A stretch of DNA of 62,539 bases, filler included, from Gemmatimonadota bacterium (lineage in GTDB: Bacteria > 4572-55 > J002), in assembly GCA_003697105.1 (NCBI GenBank). It is 6 parts of 6 records of this genome, joined end to end, with 100 filler letters (N's around TTAATTAATTAA, not from the genome) between each part and the next. Parts side by side here need not be neighbours in the genome. Positions count along the whole stretch, not along the records: positions 28,707 to 46,277 come from RFFQ01000118.1; 5 more parts are not named here. One strand, written 5' to 3'. How positions within the stretch are numbered: position 1 is the first letter of the stretch; the number at the start of each line of letters is the position of its first letter. This document shows, piece after piece, positions 28,981-39,507 of the stretch. Below the pieces are notes generated by a model that was not told where the DNA came from, ran no database searches, and saw nothing but the letters and a program-made list of their open reading frames with translations. Position numbers and translations under genes: made by a program.

Positions 28981-31242
28981 CTAAAGTTCTTCTTGTTCGG
29001 TATCCTGATAGTCTTCGTCGAGTAGTTCTGGTTTGAAGATAAGTCCGGCAAGGGGGGGCAGGGTGATCGTTAAGGAGTAGGGTTTGCCGTCGGAGGGGGT
29101 TTCCTGTGCTTGGACACCACCGTCATTGCCCCGGTTGCCGCCCCAGTAGCGTTCGGCATCACTGTTAAAAATCTCCCGGTAAAACCGGAGTTTGGGCACC
29201 CCGATGGTATAATCTTCTCGCAACACGGGTGTAAAATTGATGACAAACACCAAAAATTCCTGCCGATTTTTATCGTAACGAATAAAGGAAATGACGGTGT
29301 TTTCGTAATCGTCACAATTGATGCCATCAAAACCGGTTCCGGTAAAGTCATCTTCCCACATCGCTTTTTCGGCGTGGTAAATCCGGTTGAGGTCTGCCAC
29401 ACAATTTTTTAACCCCTGATGGGACACATGCTCCAATAGATGCCAATCCAGCCCAACATCATGATTCCATTCCTTGACTTGCCCGAATTCCTGTCCCATA
29501 AAGAGCAGTTGTTTGCCGGGGAAGCCCCACATGTAGGTGTAGAGGGCGCGCAAATTGGCAAATTTTGCCTCGAACGTTGATCCCGGCATTTTGGTTAGCA
29601 TAGAGCCTTTACCATGTACCACTTCGTCGTGGGAATAGGGTAAGATGAAATTCTCGCTCCACGCATAGAGCAGCCCAAACGTAATTTTATTGTAATTGAA
29701 TTTGCGGAAAAAAGGGTCTAGTTTGATGAATTCCAGCGAGTCGTGCATCCAACCCATATTCCACTTAAACGTAAACCCCAGCCCGCCCATGTAAGTGGGG
29801 CGCGAGACGAGGGGCCAGGAGGTGGACTCCTCCGCAATCATCATCGCCCCGGGGAAATACTCGTGAATGATAACGTTCGCGTGCTTTAAAAAGTCGATTG
29901 CCTCCAGATTCTCTTTACCACCAAACCGGTTGGGAATCCATTCCCCCTCTTTGCGGCTGTAATCCAGATAAAGCATAGATGCCACCGCATCCACCCGAAG
30001 CCCATCAAAATGGAATTTATCCAGCCAGTACAACGCATTGGAAATCAAAAAGTTACGGACTTCAAAACGTCCAAAATTGAACACTTTGGTTCCCCAATCG
30101 GGGTGTTCGCCTTGGCGCGGGTCGGCGTGCTCGTATAGTGCCGTACCATCAAACCAGACCAGCCCGTGCGCATCTTTGGGAAAATGCGCCGGTACCCAAT
30201 CTAACAAGACGCCAATCCCCGCTTGATGGCAGCGATCAATGAAATATTGTAGGTCTTTGGGTTCGCCGAAACGGCTGGTCGGCGCGAAATAGCCGGTAAC
30301 CTGATAGCCCCACGAGCCATCGTAAGGGTGTTCCTGCAGGGGCATAAATTCAATGTGAGTGAAGCCCATTTCCTTCACATACGGGATCAGCTCGTCAGCG
30401 AGTTCGCGGTAGGTGTAATAGTCTCCATTTTCGTGCCGTTTCCACGATCCGGCGTGGACTTCATAGATGCTTAGCGGGCGATTGAGGAGGTCTTGGGTTT
30501 TCCGGGTTTCCATCCAATCCTGATCGTGCCATTCGTAATCATGGAGGGTGTAAACAATTGAGGCCGTTTTGGGGCGAAGCTCGGAATAAAAGGCATACGG
30601 ATCGGATTTCATAAATACCAGTCCATTACGGGCTTTAATTTCATATTTATAGACAGCTCCTTCCCCCAAACCGGGTTTAAAGAGTACCCATACTCCAGAA
30701 TCCTCAAAAAATTCCATTTGGTCTTTGCGACCATCCCAGCCGTTGAAATCTCCGACGACGCTCACCCGAACCGCATTCGGTGCCCAGCAGGAAAAAACAA
30801 CTCCTTTCCTGCCGTTGATTTCCCGGACGTGTGCTCCCATTTTATCATAAATGCGATAGTGTTGGGAGCGGTTAAACAGATACCGGTCAAATGGTGTGAT
30901 TTCTTCATGAAATTCTTCATAGGGGTCTTGGGTGATCCACTCGTTGCCGTAAGCATCCCGTACCTTAAATTGGTAATGAAAGCGCTCCGACCGGTCCCAT
31001 AAAATCGCCTCGAACAGCCCGTCATCATGGATGCGGCTCATCTGCCAGACCTGTTGCTCGTCATCGGCATCCACGACATACGCCTCTTTGACATCCGGCA
31101 AAAATGCCCGGATAGAAACCACCTGTTTTGACCCTTCCGGTAAGGGTACCTCTACAAAATGAAGCCCTAACACTTGGTGGGGATTCCGGTGTTCCGTATT
31201 GATAATGGCGACCGCATCCATGGGTTTAATCGAGGTCAACAT
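28981..31242 (-). CDS. glgB: 1,4-alpha-glucan branching enzyme (GH13)
   Basis: [51 protein letters not shown]. Confidence 0.98.
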   Translation of the reverse strand: MLTSIKPMDAVAIINTEHRNPHQVLGLHFVEVPLPEGSKQVVSIRAFLPDVKEAYVVDADDEQQVWQMSRIHDDGLFEAILWDRSERFHYQFKVRDAYGNEWITQDPYEEFHEEITPFDRYLFNRSQHYRIYDKMGAHVREINGRKGVVFSCWAPNAVRVSVVGDFNGWDGRKDQMEFFEDSGVWVLFKPGLGEGAVYKYEIKARNGLVFMKSDPYAFYSELRPKTASIVYTLHDYEWHDQDWMETRKTQDLLNRPLSIYEVHAGSWKRHENGDYYTYRELADELIPYVKEMGFTHIEFMPLQEHPYDGSWGYQVTGYFAPTSRFGEPKDLQYFIDRCHQAGIGVLLDWVPAHFPKDAHGLVWFDGTALYEHADPRQGEHPDWGTKVFNFGRFEVRNFLISNALYWLDKFHFDGLRVDAVASMLYLDYSRKEGEWIPNRFGGKENLEAIDFLKHANVIIHEYFPGAMMIAEESTSWPLVSRPTYMGGLGFTFKWNMGWMHDSLEFIKLDPFFRKFNYNKITFGLLYAWSENFILPYSHDEVVHGKGSMLTKMPGSTFEAKFANLRALYTYMWGFPGKQLLFMGQEFGQVKEWNHDVGLDWHLLEHVSHQGLKNCVADLNRIYHAEKAMWEDDFTGTGFDGINCDDYENTVISFIRYDKNRQEFLVFVINFTPVLREDYTIGVPKLRFYREIFNSDAERYWGGNRGNDGGVQAQETPSDGKPYSLTITLPPLAGLIFKPELLDEDYQDTEQEEL

Positions 31243-31294
31243 GATTTCATTCTCCTAAAGGTTAAAGTGCGTTGCGCGTTGCTGCCAAGGGGGT

Positions 31295-34200
31295 TTACCC
31301 GTATTTCACTTCATGGGGCAACCAAATGATGAATGTCGTTCCCTGCCCGATTTCACTTTCCACCTGAATCGTGCCCTGATGCTCCTTCACAATCCGCAAG
31401 ATGATCGACATACCCAAACCGCGTCCTTTTTCGCCTTTGGTGGTAAAAAACGGCTCAAACATTTTCTTCCGCACATCTTCAGGAATCCCATATCCATTAT
31501 CACGGAATCGGATTTCCACACCATTAATCCCATCTGCTCCGCTAGTTTCGCTAGTTTGGGGTTGGATCGAAATCTCAATGGTGGGTTGTTCCGCACCTTC
31601 CACGGCATGAACCGCATTATTGAGCAGATTCGTAAAAATTTGCCCCAACTGCCCGCTGGTCGAAATAATATTCAGGTTTTCGCCGTACTGTTCGCGTAAG
31701 GTGATGTGCTCCAACTGTTGTTGATGAATTCGGATGGTTTCGCGGCAAACTTCGCCAACATCCACGGAACCCCGCTTCAGGCTACGTTTACCGACCAAGC
31801 CTTGTAAATCTTGCACGACCGTGCGAGTGCGCACGCCAGCAAGCTGAATCAGTTGGGCGGCGGACTGTACTTTTTCCAGTTCTTTCAAACGTTGTTCCAA
31901 GTAGGCGCTGAGTTCGTTTCCCTCCTGATCATGTTCCCAGCACTCCCAAATTTTGTCGGTATCCAAAGGGGACAATTTGAGGATGTGCTCCACAGGTCCA
32001 TTGATTCCGCTGAGAGCATTGTTAATTTCGTGGGCGATCATCCCTGCCATACCGGCGAGTGTTGCCAGCCGCTCACTCTCCAACAATTGTTGGGTGCGGT
32101 CATTGACTTTTGCTTCCAACTCCTGACTAAAACTGATGTTTTCCAAAGAGACCGCTAAGGAATGGGCAATCGTTTCGATAAAATCCAGTTCTGCATCGGT
32201 AAACTGGTCACCATCCACCCCGTTTATCTGAATTTGTGCCAAGAACTGTTGGTTGGCATAAATCACCACAACTAACTGATTCTCCGGGTGGAGGTAGCAC
32301 TCTGTTTTCGTGGTGGGAGGGGGTGGCTCCAGCCGGTTTAGGGGGGTGTAGCGGGACGGGATTTCGTTCGGGAGATGGGGCAACCCCTCCGCATCTACCG
32401 TCACCGGCAATGAGTAGCGGAGATACGGTTCCGCCAGGCGGTCTCCCGTGGCGGCTACGGTGACCTCTACAGCCACCTGTTCCGGTTGGATGGGAATCTC
32501 GTGCAGCATGGCGTTCACCGCCTTGATGATAGCTTCGATGGGTTGGCGAGCTTCTGCCATCTGCCGGGTGCTATTCAACAGAATTTCCAAGCGGATATTG
32601 GCACGCCGTAGAATTTCGTTTGCTTCTGTTTTTAAGCGGTCTGCTTCCTGAAGCTGTTTATTGGCTTCGGCTAGCCGCTCTGCCACTAATTGTTTATGTT
32701 GCAATTCACGTCGCTGGCGTTCCAGTTCACGGGTTTGGGCGATGGTTTTCCACCGAACATAGCCGCCAATCAATGCCAGCACGGTCAGCACATATACCGT
32801 ATATGCCCACCAGGTTTTCCACGGCGGCGGGGTCACCCGAATCTGAATAGAGGCGCCGGTCTCATTCCACACGCCATCATTATTGGAGCCGATTACTCGG
32901 AACGTATAATTTCCCCCGTGAACATTGGTGTAACTGGCAAAGCGCATCTTTCCAGCGTTGATCCAATCCTTATCGAACCCTTCCAGCTTATACCGGTACT
33001 GATTTTTAGCCGGATTGGTATAGTCGAGCGCCGCAAATTCAAAGGAGAAAAAATTCTCTTTATACGACAGTTGGATGTGATCGATCTGGTGAATCGCCCG
33101 GTCAAATTGGACATCCTGATCGAATTTGCGGAATCCGGTGATCACCACTGGCGGAATATGTGGATTATCCTTGACCTGCGCCGGTTTGAACCGGTTAAAC
33201 CCATTGATACCCCCTAAATAGAAAAACCCGGCGTGATCGACAAAGGATGCTCCCGCCGTAAATTCATTGCTTTGCAAGCCATCCGCCGTATCATAATTCC
33301 GAAATGTTTCCGTAAGCGGGTTAAATTTGCAAACGCCATTGCTGGTACTTAACCAGAGATTCCCACGGGAATCTTCCAAAATGCTGAGAATTTCGTTGCT
33401 GGGCAAACCGTCTTTTTTCAGATAGCGGCGAAATGAGACCGTTTGTGGCTCCGTTTTTTGCCGGTCTGATGCCGCCAGCCGGTTCAGCCCTCCCCGGGTG
33501 CCTACCCATAAATTTCCGGCGCGATCCTGATGAATGGCGAAAACATCATCATTGCTCAAACTCTGGTCATTGCTGGCATCATGGCGATAGTGGAGGAAGG
33601 TCAGGTGTCCCGTACCGGTTCGAGTCACCCGATTCAATCCACCGCCCCACGTACCCAGCCACATCTGCTGATCGCTATCGATATAAATCGACAAAATACT
33701 CGTGTGGCTTGGGCTATTGGGGTTGTTGGGGTCATGCTGGTAAGGGGTAAATACCGGTTTTTCATGAATCCAATCCAACCGGGTTAATCCTTCATCTGTC
33801 CCCAGCCATAACTCATCTTCCCAGCCATCCACAATGGTATAAATTTGGTTATTATTCAGACTTTGATCATCGGTGGGGTCGTGCATATACCGGGTAAATG
33901 TTTGCGATGTGGGGTCATACCGGTGTAAACCTTGCCGGTATGCCGATGCCCACAGGATACCGCGTTGGTCCACATGTAATGCCGCGATGCGGTTACTGCT
34001 CAAGGTTGTGACGTTCGCCGCGTCATGCTGAAAATGCTGAAATGTCGTGCGCTGGGCATCCAACCGGCTCAAACCGCCGCCATCCGTACCAACCCAGAGA
34101 TTCCCGGCGGCATCTTCAGCAAAGGCGGTCACCGAAGCATGACGCAAGGTATTGGCATCATTGGGGTTATAGGTGTATGTTTGGAATTTTTTTGGTTTGA

Positions 34201-35251
34201 GATCGACTTTATTAATTCCCCCACCCCGTGTGCCAATCCAGAGCACATTCGCGTTATCACTGGTGATACTCCGTATGTCATTGTGGCTAATGCTATGAGG
34301 GTTGTTGGGATCATGTTGGTAGGCGGTAAACGTTCCGGTTTCACGGTTGAACAGGCACAAACCGCCCCCATTCGTGGCAACCCACAACCGTCCGTACCGG
34401 TCTTCGTGAATTTTATACGTGGAGTTGTGGCTGAGGCTTTGAGGATTTTCGGGGTCATGCAGATAGCGGGTAAAGGTACCCGTTTGGGGGTCAAAGCGAT
34501 TGAAGCCCCCTCGAGTAGAGACCCAGAAATTCTCTTGTGAATCAATAAATAACCACTGTACCCGGTTATGACTCACGCTCGTGGGGTCGTTCGGGTCGTG
34601 GTGATAATGGGTAAAGATTTCTGTTTGTGGGTCAAACCGGTTCAGCCCATTATCTGTACCGATCCAAAGGATACCGGCTTTATCTTCAATAACACACCAA
34701 ACCCGGTTATGGCTAAGCGATGTTGGGTCTTCTGGATTGTGCTGGTAACGGGTAAACACGCCGGTTTTCGGGTTCAAACGGTTCAAGCCGCCTCGATAGG
34801 TGCCGAGCCAGATAGTTCCATCTCGGGATTGAAAAACATATTGTACCCGGTTGTCACTTAAACTCGCCTCATTTTGTGGATCGGTTTTCAGCGCAGTAAA
34901 GGTATTTGTGCGTGGGTCAAATCGATTGATACCACCCCCCCATGTGGTCACCCACAGATACCCGTTCTCATCCTGAATGATGTGTCCGGTATCATTATTG
35001 GAGAGGGAGTTCTCGTCGAGGGGGTCATTTTGGTAGGTGATAAAATGGTAGCCATCATACCGGTTCAAGCCGCCTTCTCCGGCAAACCAGATAAAACCGG
35101 TTTGATCCTGAAACACGTGGTACACCACCCCATGCGACAAGCCTTCTTCATGCCCGATGTGTTCAAATGTTAGCGCCACATCTTGAGCTGAGGCTTCAAA
35201 GGGCATCAGTGCTATCAGGCAAGCTAAAATATATATCCAAAGAGGTGGCAT
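31295..35251 (-). CDS. Sensor histidine kinase with periplasmic Reg_prop beta-propellers and Y_Y_Y domain, TM, GAF-like region, HisKA/HATPase
   Basis: Repeated D-x-x-G-x-LWxGT-xx-GLxR, YRYKLEGFD, PPPWKTWW, IAHEINN, NLLNNA, DNGYG, FFTTK, GLGM. Confidence 0.93.
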   Translation of the reverse strand: MPPLWIYILACLIALMPFEASAQDVALTFEHIGHEEGLSHGVVYHVFQDQTGFIWFAGEGGLNRYDGYHFITYQNDPLDENSLSNNDTGHIIQDENGYLWVTTWGGGINRFDPRTNTFTALKTDPQNEASLSDNRVQYVFQSRDGTIWLGTYRGGLNRLNPKTGVFTRYQHNPEDPTSLSHNRVWCVIEDKAGILWIGTDNGLNRFDPQTEIFTHYHHDPNDPTSVSHNRVQWLFIDSQENFWVSTRGGFNRFDPQTGTFTRYLHDPENPQSLSHNSTYKIHEDRYGRLWVATNGGGLCLFNRETGTFTAYQHDPNNPHSISHNDIRSITSDNANVLWIGTRGGGINKVDLKPKKFQTYTYNPNDANTLRHASVTAFAEDAAGNLWVGTDGGGLSRLDAQRTTFQHFQHDAANVTTLSSNRIAALHVDQRGILWASAYRQGLHRYDPTSQTFTRYMHDPTDDQSLNNNQIYTIVDGWEDELWLGTDEGLTRLDWIHEKPVFTPYQHDPNNPNSPSHTSILSIYIDSDQQMWLGTWGGGLNRVTRTGTGHLTFLHYRHDASNDQSLSNDDVFAIHQDRAGNLWVGTRGGLNRLAASDRQKTEPQTVSFRRYLKKDGLPSNEILSILEDSRGNLWLSTSNGVCKFNPLTETFRNYDTADGLQSNEFTAGASFVDHAGFFYLGGINGFNRFKPAQVKDNPHIPPVVITGFRKFDQDVQFDRAIHQIDHIQLSYKENFFSFEFAALDYTNPAKNQYRYKLEGFDKDWINAGKMRFASYTNVHGGNYTFRVIGSNNDGVWNETGASIQIRVTPPPWKTWWAYTVYVLTVLALIGGYVRWKTIAQTRELERQRRELQHKQLVAERLAEANKQLQEADRLKTEANEILRRANIRLEILLNSTRQMAEARQPIEAIIKAVNAMLHEIPIQPEQVAVEVTVAATGDRLAEPYLRYSLPVTVDAEGLPHLPNEIPSRYTPLNRLEPPPPTTKTECYLHPENQLVVVIYANQQFLAQIQINGVDGDQFTDAELDFIETIAHSLAVSLENISFSQELEAKVNDRTQQLLESERLATLAGMAGMIAHEINNALSGINGPVEHILKLSPLDTDKIWECWEHDQEGNELSAYLEQRLKELEKVQSAAQLIQLAGVRTRTVVQDLQGLVGKRSLKRGSVDVGEVCRETIRIHQQQLEHITLREQYGENLNIISTSGQLGQIFTNLLNNAVHAVEGAEQPTIEISIQPQTSETSGADGINGVEIRFRDNGYGIPEDVRKKMFEPFFTTKGEKGRGLGMSIILRIVKEHQGTIQVESEIGQGTTFIIWLPHEVKYG

Positions 35252-35273
35252 GAAAGACCCTTCCTTTTTAGAA

Positions 35274-35852
35274 TCAGACGAGTCGTTGCAAAACTGACTT
35301 TAATCGCGGATAATCATCGGAGAGTAGTTGGCTGAGTTCTTTTCCGACCTGAACGCGGTACTGTGGATTCGGATGTAACGGTGCGGTTTGACGAATGACG
35401 GCGGCAATGAGTTCGTCTGTGGGGACATTCGGGTTGGCTAAAATCATCCGTAAAAAGGCTAGATTTTCGCTGATTTTCTGGATTTCCCCGGTGGATAGCA
35501 GGTAAACACGGGCGTGTAAGCGTGGGGGCAGTGGCGGCGTATGGTAATAGACCTGACCTCCCTGCTGGTATCCAATGATGGAAATCTCAAAATTAGTGCG
35601 TTGGAGTTCAAACAGATGGGGCATTTTTGCATCGAGTTCATCCAAAGGGATACCATACGCCACTGGTTGGCGGTTCGCGTCAACCCCCGTGGTCATCACG
35701 TTATAAACGATGCCCAACACCTGACGGTCTGGGTCCATGCGCACCCAACAGCCAAAGGCGGGTGGTTGGATATCCCGCCGGTGGGGAAGTTGGGCGACCA
35801 CCCGGTTACTACTACTTTCAATGATTTCGCCGACATAATCCGCGGGTGTCAT
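35274..35852 (-). CDS. Stand-alone HAS-barrel domain protein (NurA/HerA-associated)
   Basis: VGEIIESS…PPAFGCWV…PPLPPRLHARV…GKELSQLL-DDY-RL pattern; ATGA overlap with nurA. Confidence 0.78.
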   Translation of the reverse strand: MTPADYVGEIIESSSNRVVAQLPHRRDIQPPAFGCWVRMDPDRQVLGIVYNVMTTGVDANRQPVAYGIPLDELDAKMPHLFELQRTNFEISIIGYQQGGQVYYHTPPLPPRLHARVYLLSTGEIQKISENLAFLRMILANPNVPTDELIAAVIRQTAPLHPNPQYRVQVGKELSQLLSDDYPRLKSVLQRLV

Positions 35853-37042
35853 CGTGTGGGCCTTTGCTTAGATAGTGCTTTACGGGTTGGTGATTTGTGG
35901 ATTTGTTTCTGAAGTAGCGTATTCTCAATAAGTTGGTAAAAGAGTTCGCGGTCGGGTCCCCGTACAACCGCCTGTTCGTGGGCTTCTATGAGTGCTAAAG
36001 GATACCCGAACCCTTTCTCTACTTGATCCAACGTGACCGCATGAATCAAATCAATCAAATGCGGTTGGTGGCTCATCCAATGGGGGAATTCGAGCCGCGC
36101 GATCTCGGTCATCCCACCAAATTGCCCCACATTCAGATAAAAAAAATCAATTTGGGGATGCCAGGAGTCTGAATTCATCGGCTTAAATGCGTTACTAAAA
36201 ATAGCAGACCGTTCTCCCGGTCGTAAAATCTCGGCGAAGAGGCGGGCATCCCGGACGGCTTCCAGTTGGGCACACTCCCGCTCCGGCGGTAAATCCGGTT
36301 TTTGGCAGTTTTGACAATTCTCATGTGGTACCGGACAGGCATACACACGTAAACTTTTGATGAATTCACTGTGACGCGGGTCACTTTTGTAAGCAAAAAT
36401 GGGGGTCTGATGGGTTTCAAACTGGTCAAACACTCGTCGCAACTGATCGACTAATTGAAGGCGGAGGGTCTCCCGTTTTTCTTCCAGATACCACATGATC
36501 AAGGTGCCATCCGCTATTGCCAGACGCGGTGAGGTTGTCGGGTATTCAGCCGCCAGTTGCCACAGGGCTTCTAGCTCCATGACACCCCGCCGGGCACTTA
36601 CTTCATCGGAGCTGATAGTCCGGCTACCTGTCTCTGTAGGAATCTGTAAATCTTCTTGTCGATAATACATGTGCGGCGCGCTCCACAACCGGGCAGACGC
36701 GGAAGCGCCGTATTGCAAAACCACATTGCCGATATTGATCAAGAAATAAGGTACAATCTCATGATGGCTGGGGAAAATTTGCGATCCATCCGTGGCGAAT
36801 AGGGTATAGTCAGAGGTCACAGACTTTGGCAGGCGGTGTGTGTCCAACGATGAATCGATTTGGGCAATTAGCCACGTTGTCTTGCTCTGATTCACCCGTT
36901 GCTGGAAGGCTTCAAAATTTTGGCGAGCCGCCTCATATAATTGGAGTGCCAAATCCAGTTGAAGGCGACTTTCGTTACCGTCAATTGCCTTCTGCGGGTC
37001 CATTTCTTGGATTTGGCGTTGCAACTCCACCAGATCAAGCAT
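35849..37042 (-). CDS. nurA: NurA-family nuclease
   Basis: ATDGSQI, DGTL, ARLEFP-W, GYPLALIEAHEQAVV; Cys cluster CPVPHENCQNC…C. Confidence 0.9.
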   Translation of the reverse strand: MLDLVELQRQIQEMDPQKAIDGNESRLQLDLALQLYEAARQNFEAFQQRVNQSKTTWLIAQIDSSLDTHRLPKSVTSDYTLFATDGSQIFPSHHEIVPYFLINIGNVVLQYGASASARLWSAPHMYYRQEDLQIPTETGSRTISSDEVSARRGVMELEALWQLAAEYPTTSPRLAIADGTLIMWYLEEKRETLRLQLVDQLRRVFDQFETHQTPIFAYKSDPRHSEFIKSLRVYACPVPHENCQNCQKPDLPPERECAQLEAVRDARLFAEILRPGERSAIFSNAFKPMNSDSWHPQIDFFYLNVGQFGGMTEIARLEFPHWMSHQPHLIDLIHAVTLDQVEKGFGYPLALIEAHEQAVVRGPDRELFYQLIENTLLQKQIHKSPTRKALSKQRPTR

Positions 37043-37062
37043 GAAAACCTTCCTTAGTGAGC

Positions 37063-37467
37063 TTACTTTTTCTTACCAAACAAACCGCCCAATACTTTTC
37101 CGAAGAAGCCAGAATCTTCCTTTTTGACATCTTCTTCAACTTCGGCAACCGTCTCTTCAATTGGGGTTTCGGGCGCATCTTTGGCATTTTCGGCATCGAC
37201 CCGTTTTTTGATGGACATGTAGATCTTCTGATGCTGTTGCCAAATCCACTGGTTCACGGTTTTTTGTTGGGCTTTATCCTTCAGCATTTCGGCAATCGGA
37301 ACGCCATTGATCTCTTCGGTTCGTTTATCAATTTTGACCTGCCCTTTAATAATCACTTCCGTCCGAACAACAACGGGGTCCCAATCCTCATGTAGCTGAG
37401 TTTGGATTTGAATTTTTTCGCCATCGGCGCGTTCCACCACCGAATTGCGACCTGGAAACATTCCCAT
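37063..37467 (-). CDS. Hypothetical protein
   Basis: GGAGG RBS; co-oriented within the gene run; C-terminal amphipathic GFFGKVLGGLFGKKK. Confidence 0.75.
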   Translation of the reverse strand: MGMFPGRNSVVERADGEKIQIQTQLHEDWDPVVVRTEVIIKGQVKIDKRTEEINGVPIAEMLKDKAQQKTVNQWIWQQHQKIYMSIKKRVDAENAKDAPETPIEETVAEVEEDVKKEDSGFFGKVLGGLFGKKK

Positions 37468-37510
37468 TGAGATAACCTCCATCCAATAAGTTAGATACAG
37501 AACCTGCTTA

Positions 37511-38776
37511 CTACGTTTTACGTTCTTTTTTCTTTGCCGCCGGAAATAAGATGTTATTCAAAATCAGCCGGTAGCCGGGTGAATTTTTGTGTAAAGAGAG
37601 CCGTGTTGGAGGGTCACCGACCCGGTGCCGGTAATCTTCGGGGTCGTGCCCGCCGTAATATGTAAACGTGCCTTGTCCAAATTTGCCATGCAAATATTTA
37701 ACCTCATTCGCGCCTTCTACTTCCCCCATGATTGTCACGGATTTTTTGATAAATTCCTTATGAAAACTGGTGGTTTGTCCCAAAAAGCCATTGACCACAT
37801 TCACATGGCATTGGGTCAGCATGGTGGGTACCGGGTCATACTTTGCCGAGAATTCAAATAGGGTGAAGTAGTCCGCTTCCGCGCCACGAGCTTCCGCATA
37901 ATTACTCGCATCAATATCCGAAAATTCATAGACCAGTGGATTGCTTTCCAGATGGAAATTTTCAAAGGCGAAACAGCGGGTATAATCCAATTTACTCTGG
38001 AAATTCGGATCAATGGGATCGCCATCAAATTCCGGGGCACAGATGTCCACACCGTAAGCTGCCAACGCGATCTCAAAGGTATCGGTTGCGGAACACATGG
38101 CGAATAAAAACCCCCCATTTGCCACATACGCTTTAATCGTTTCGGCAACCGCACTTTTGAGCTGGGAGACTTTAGAAAATCCCAATTTATGGGCAAGTTG
38201 TTCACTCTGCAAAACTTCCAACTGGTACCATTCCGCATTGCGGAAACTGGCGTAAAATTTACCATATTGGCCGGTAAAGTCCTCATGATGCAGATGTAAC
38301 CAGTCAAAATCTTCTAACTTACCTTCCAGCACCTCTTCATCGTAAACCGTTTCATACGGAATATCGGCATATGTCAAGGCGAGGGTTACCGCATCATCCC
38401 ACGGTTGTTTGTTGGGGGGCGTATAAATGGCGACTTCCGGTGGTTTTTCCAGTAGAACCCGCTCCATGTTTTCGCTTTCAATTTTGCTGTAGATTTGAGC
38501 CACTTCCGAACCGGAAACCGTGCTATAGGACACGCCCATTTCGATGGCTTTTTCCCGGAAACCGGGGAATTCATCCACTAAAAATGAACCGTTCCGGTAA
38601 TTGAGCAACCATTCGACATTATAGCCTTCCTGAAGACACCAATAAGCCAATCCATACGCTTTTAGATGATCGGTTTGGGCTAAATCCATATAGACTAATG
38701 CCTTTGCCGAAACCGTAGAGGAAAGGGCAAAAATCAACGAGAGGAGTAGTGCTACGGATTTCCATTCATATCTCAT
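37511..38776 (-). CDS. Conserved FCB-type secreted protein (often mis-annotated 'asparagine synthetase B'), class I GATase-like fold likely
   Basis: HLKAYG, WLLNYRNGSF, WDDAVTLALTYA, WLHLHHEDFTGQYGKF, GGFLFAMCSATD, GHDPEDY; signal peptide. Confidence 0.8.
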   Translation of the reverse strand: MRYEWKSVALLLSLIFALSSTVSAKALVYMDLAQTDHLKAYGLAYWCLQEGYNVEWLLNYRNGSFLVDEFPGFREKAIEMGVSYSTVSGSEVAQIYSKIESENMERVLLEKPPEVAIYTPPNKQPWDDAVTLALTYADIPYETVYDEEVLEGKLEDFDWLHLHHEDFTGQYGKFYASFRNAEWYQLEVLQSEQLAHKLGFSKVSQLKSAVAETIKAYVANGGFLFAMCSATDTFEIALAAYGVDICAPEFDGDPIDPNFQSKLDYTRCFAFENFHLESNPLVYEFSDIDASNYAEARGAEADYFTLFEFSAKYDPVPTMLTQCHVNVVNGFLGQTTSFHKEFIKKSVTIMGEVEGANEVKYLHGKFGQGTFTYYGGHDPEDYRHRVGDPPTRLSLHKNSPGYRLILNNILFPAAKKKERKT

Positions 38777-38782
38777 GTGGGG

Positions 38783-39130
38783 TTACTCTCCTTTGTTGTG
38801 TTCCACTAAAATGATACCAAAACTTTTATCTAAAACCGTAAATCCAATCTTAATCTCACCGGTAACCGTGGCATGTTCACCCCGTTCTAACACCCGTCCT
38901 TGCGGGTTGACCCACAATTCTCCACCGGAATCATCACTAATTTTGTACAATCCCTTGCCGGTGAGTGGGATTGAGAATGTCTCCACCACAGTGCCGGAAA
39001 TGGTCACGGGTCGGCCGGTGTACGCTTGCGGGTCTTTTTCAATATCCCGTAATCGCACCTGACTATTTCCGCAACTCATCAACAGCATGGCAATTAAAAT
39101 TCCGCTACAAATGTTATTCATCATCGCCAT
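38783..39130 (-). CDS. OB-fold lipoprotein
   Basis: Lipobox LLMSC; P-x-Y-G-x-V-x-I-x-G-x-V…Y-x-I-x-D-x-x-G…V-x-G pattern. Confidence 0.7.
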   Translation of the reverse strand: MAMMNNICSGILIAMLLMSCGNSQVRLRDIEKDPQAYTGRPVTISGTVVETFSIPLTGKGLYKISDDSGGELWVNPQGRVLERGEHATVTGEIKIGFTVLDKSFGIILVEHNKGE

Positions 39131-39302
39131 AAGTTCCCTCCAAAATCATCCGGGCTTCCTTGGAGGTTAATAATTTTTTATTACGCCGGATGTAATTCTT
39201 GATCAGATACGTGATCATCTCTTCCATGGTCATCTTTTTCATTTCCGATAGAACGATAAAATCTTCCTCCAGTTCATCGGGAATGTTGATAAACAACCGC
39301 AT
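39114..39302 (-). CDS. Small ribbon-helix-helix (CopG-like) protein
   Basis: GAGGAGGG RBS; RLFINIPDEL beta-strand followed by two helices. Confidence 0.6.
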   Translation of the reverse strand: MRLFINIPDELEEDFIVLSEMKKMTMEEMITYLIKNYIRRNKKLLTSKEARMILEGTYGDDE

Positions 39303-39431
39303 AATACCCTCCTCAACAGGTTGGATAATGAAACTGCTGGACGTAGTTTGAATGCTGAGAATTCTAATTTAGCATACAACCCTCGTTTGTGCAAGCCAGA
39401 AAATTCCGGTTCCGTTGACTTTACGAAAATG

Positions 39432-39466
39432 AAACCCTATGAGCGTTTCGGGTGTTCATAGGGTTT
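39432..39466 (-). terminator. Putative terminator of the LRR gene
   Basis: AAACCCTATGA…TCATAGGGTTT inverted repeat. Confidence 0.65.
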
Positions 39467-39507
39467 ATCCTCGATGTTCTCCGGTGGGCAGCAACGGGAT
39501 CATCACT

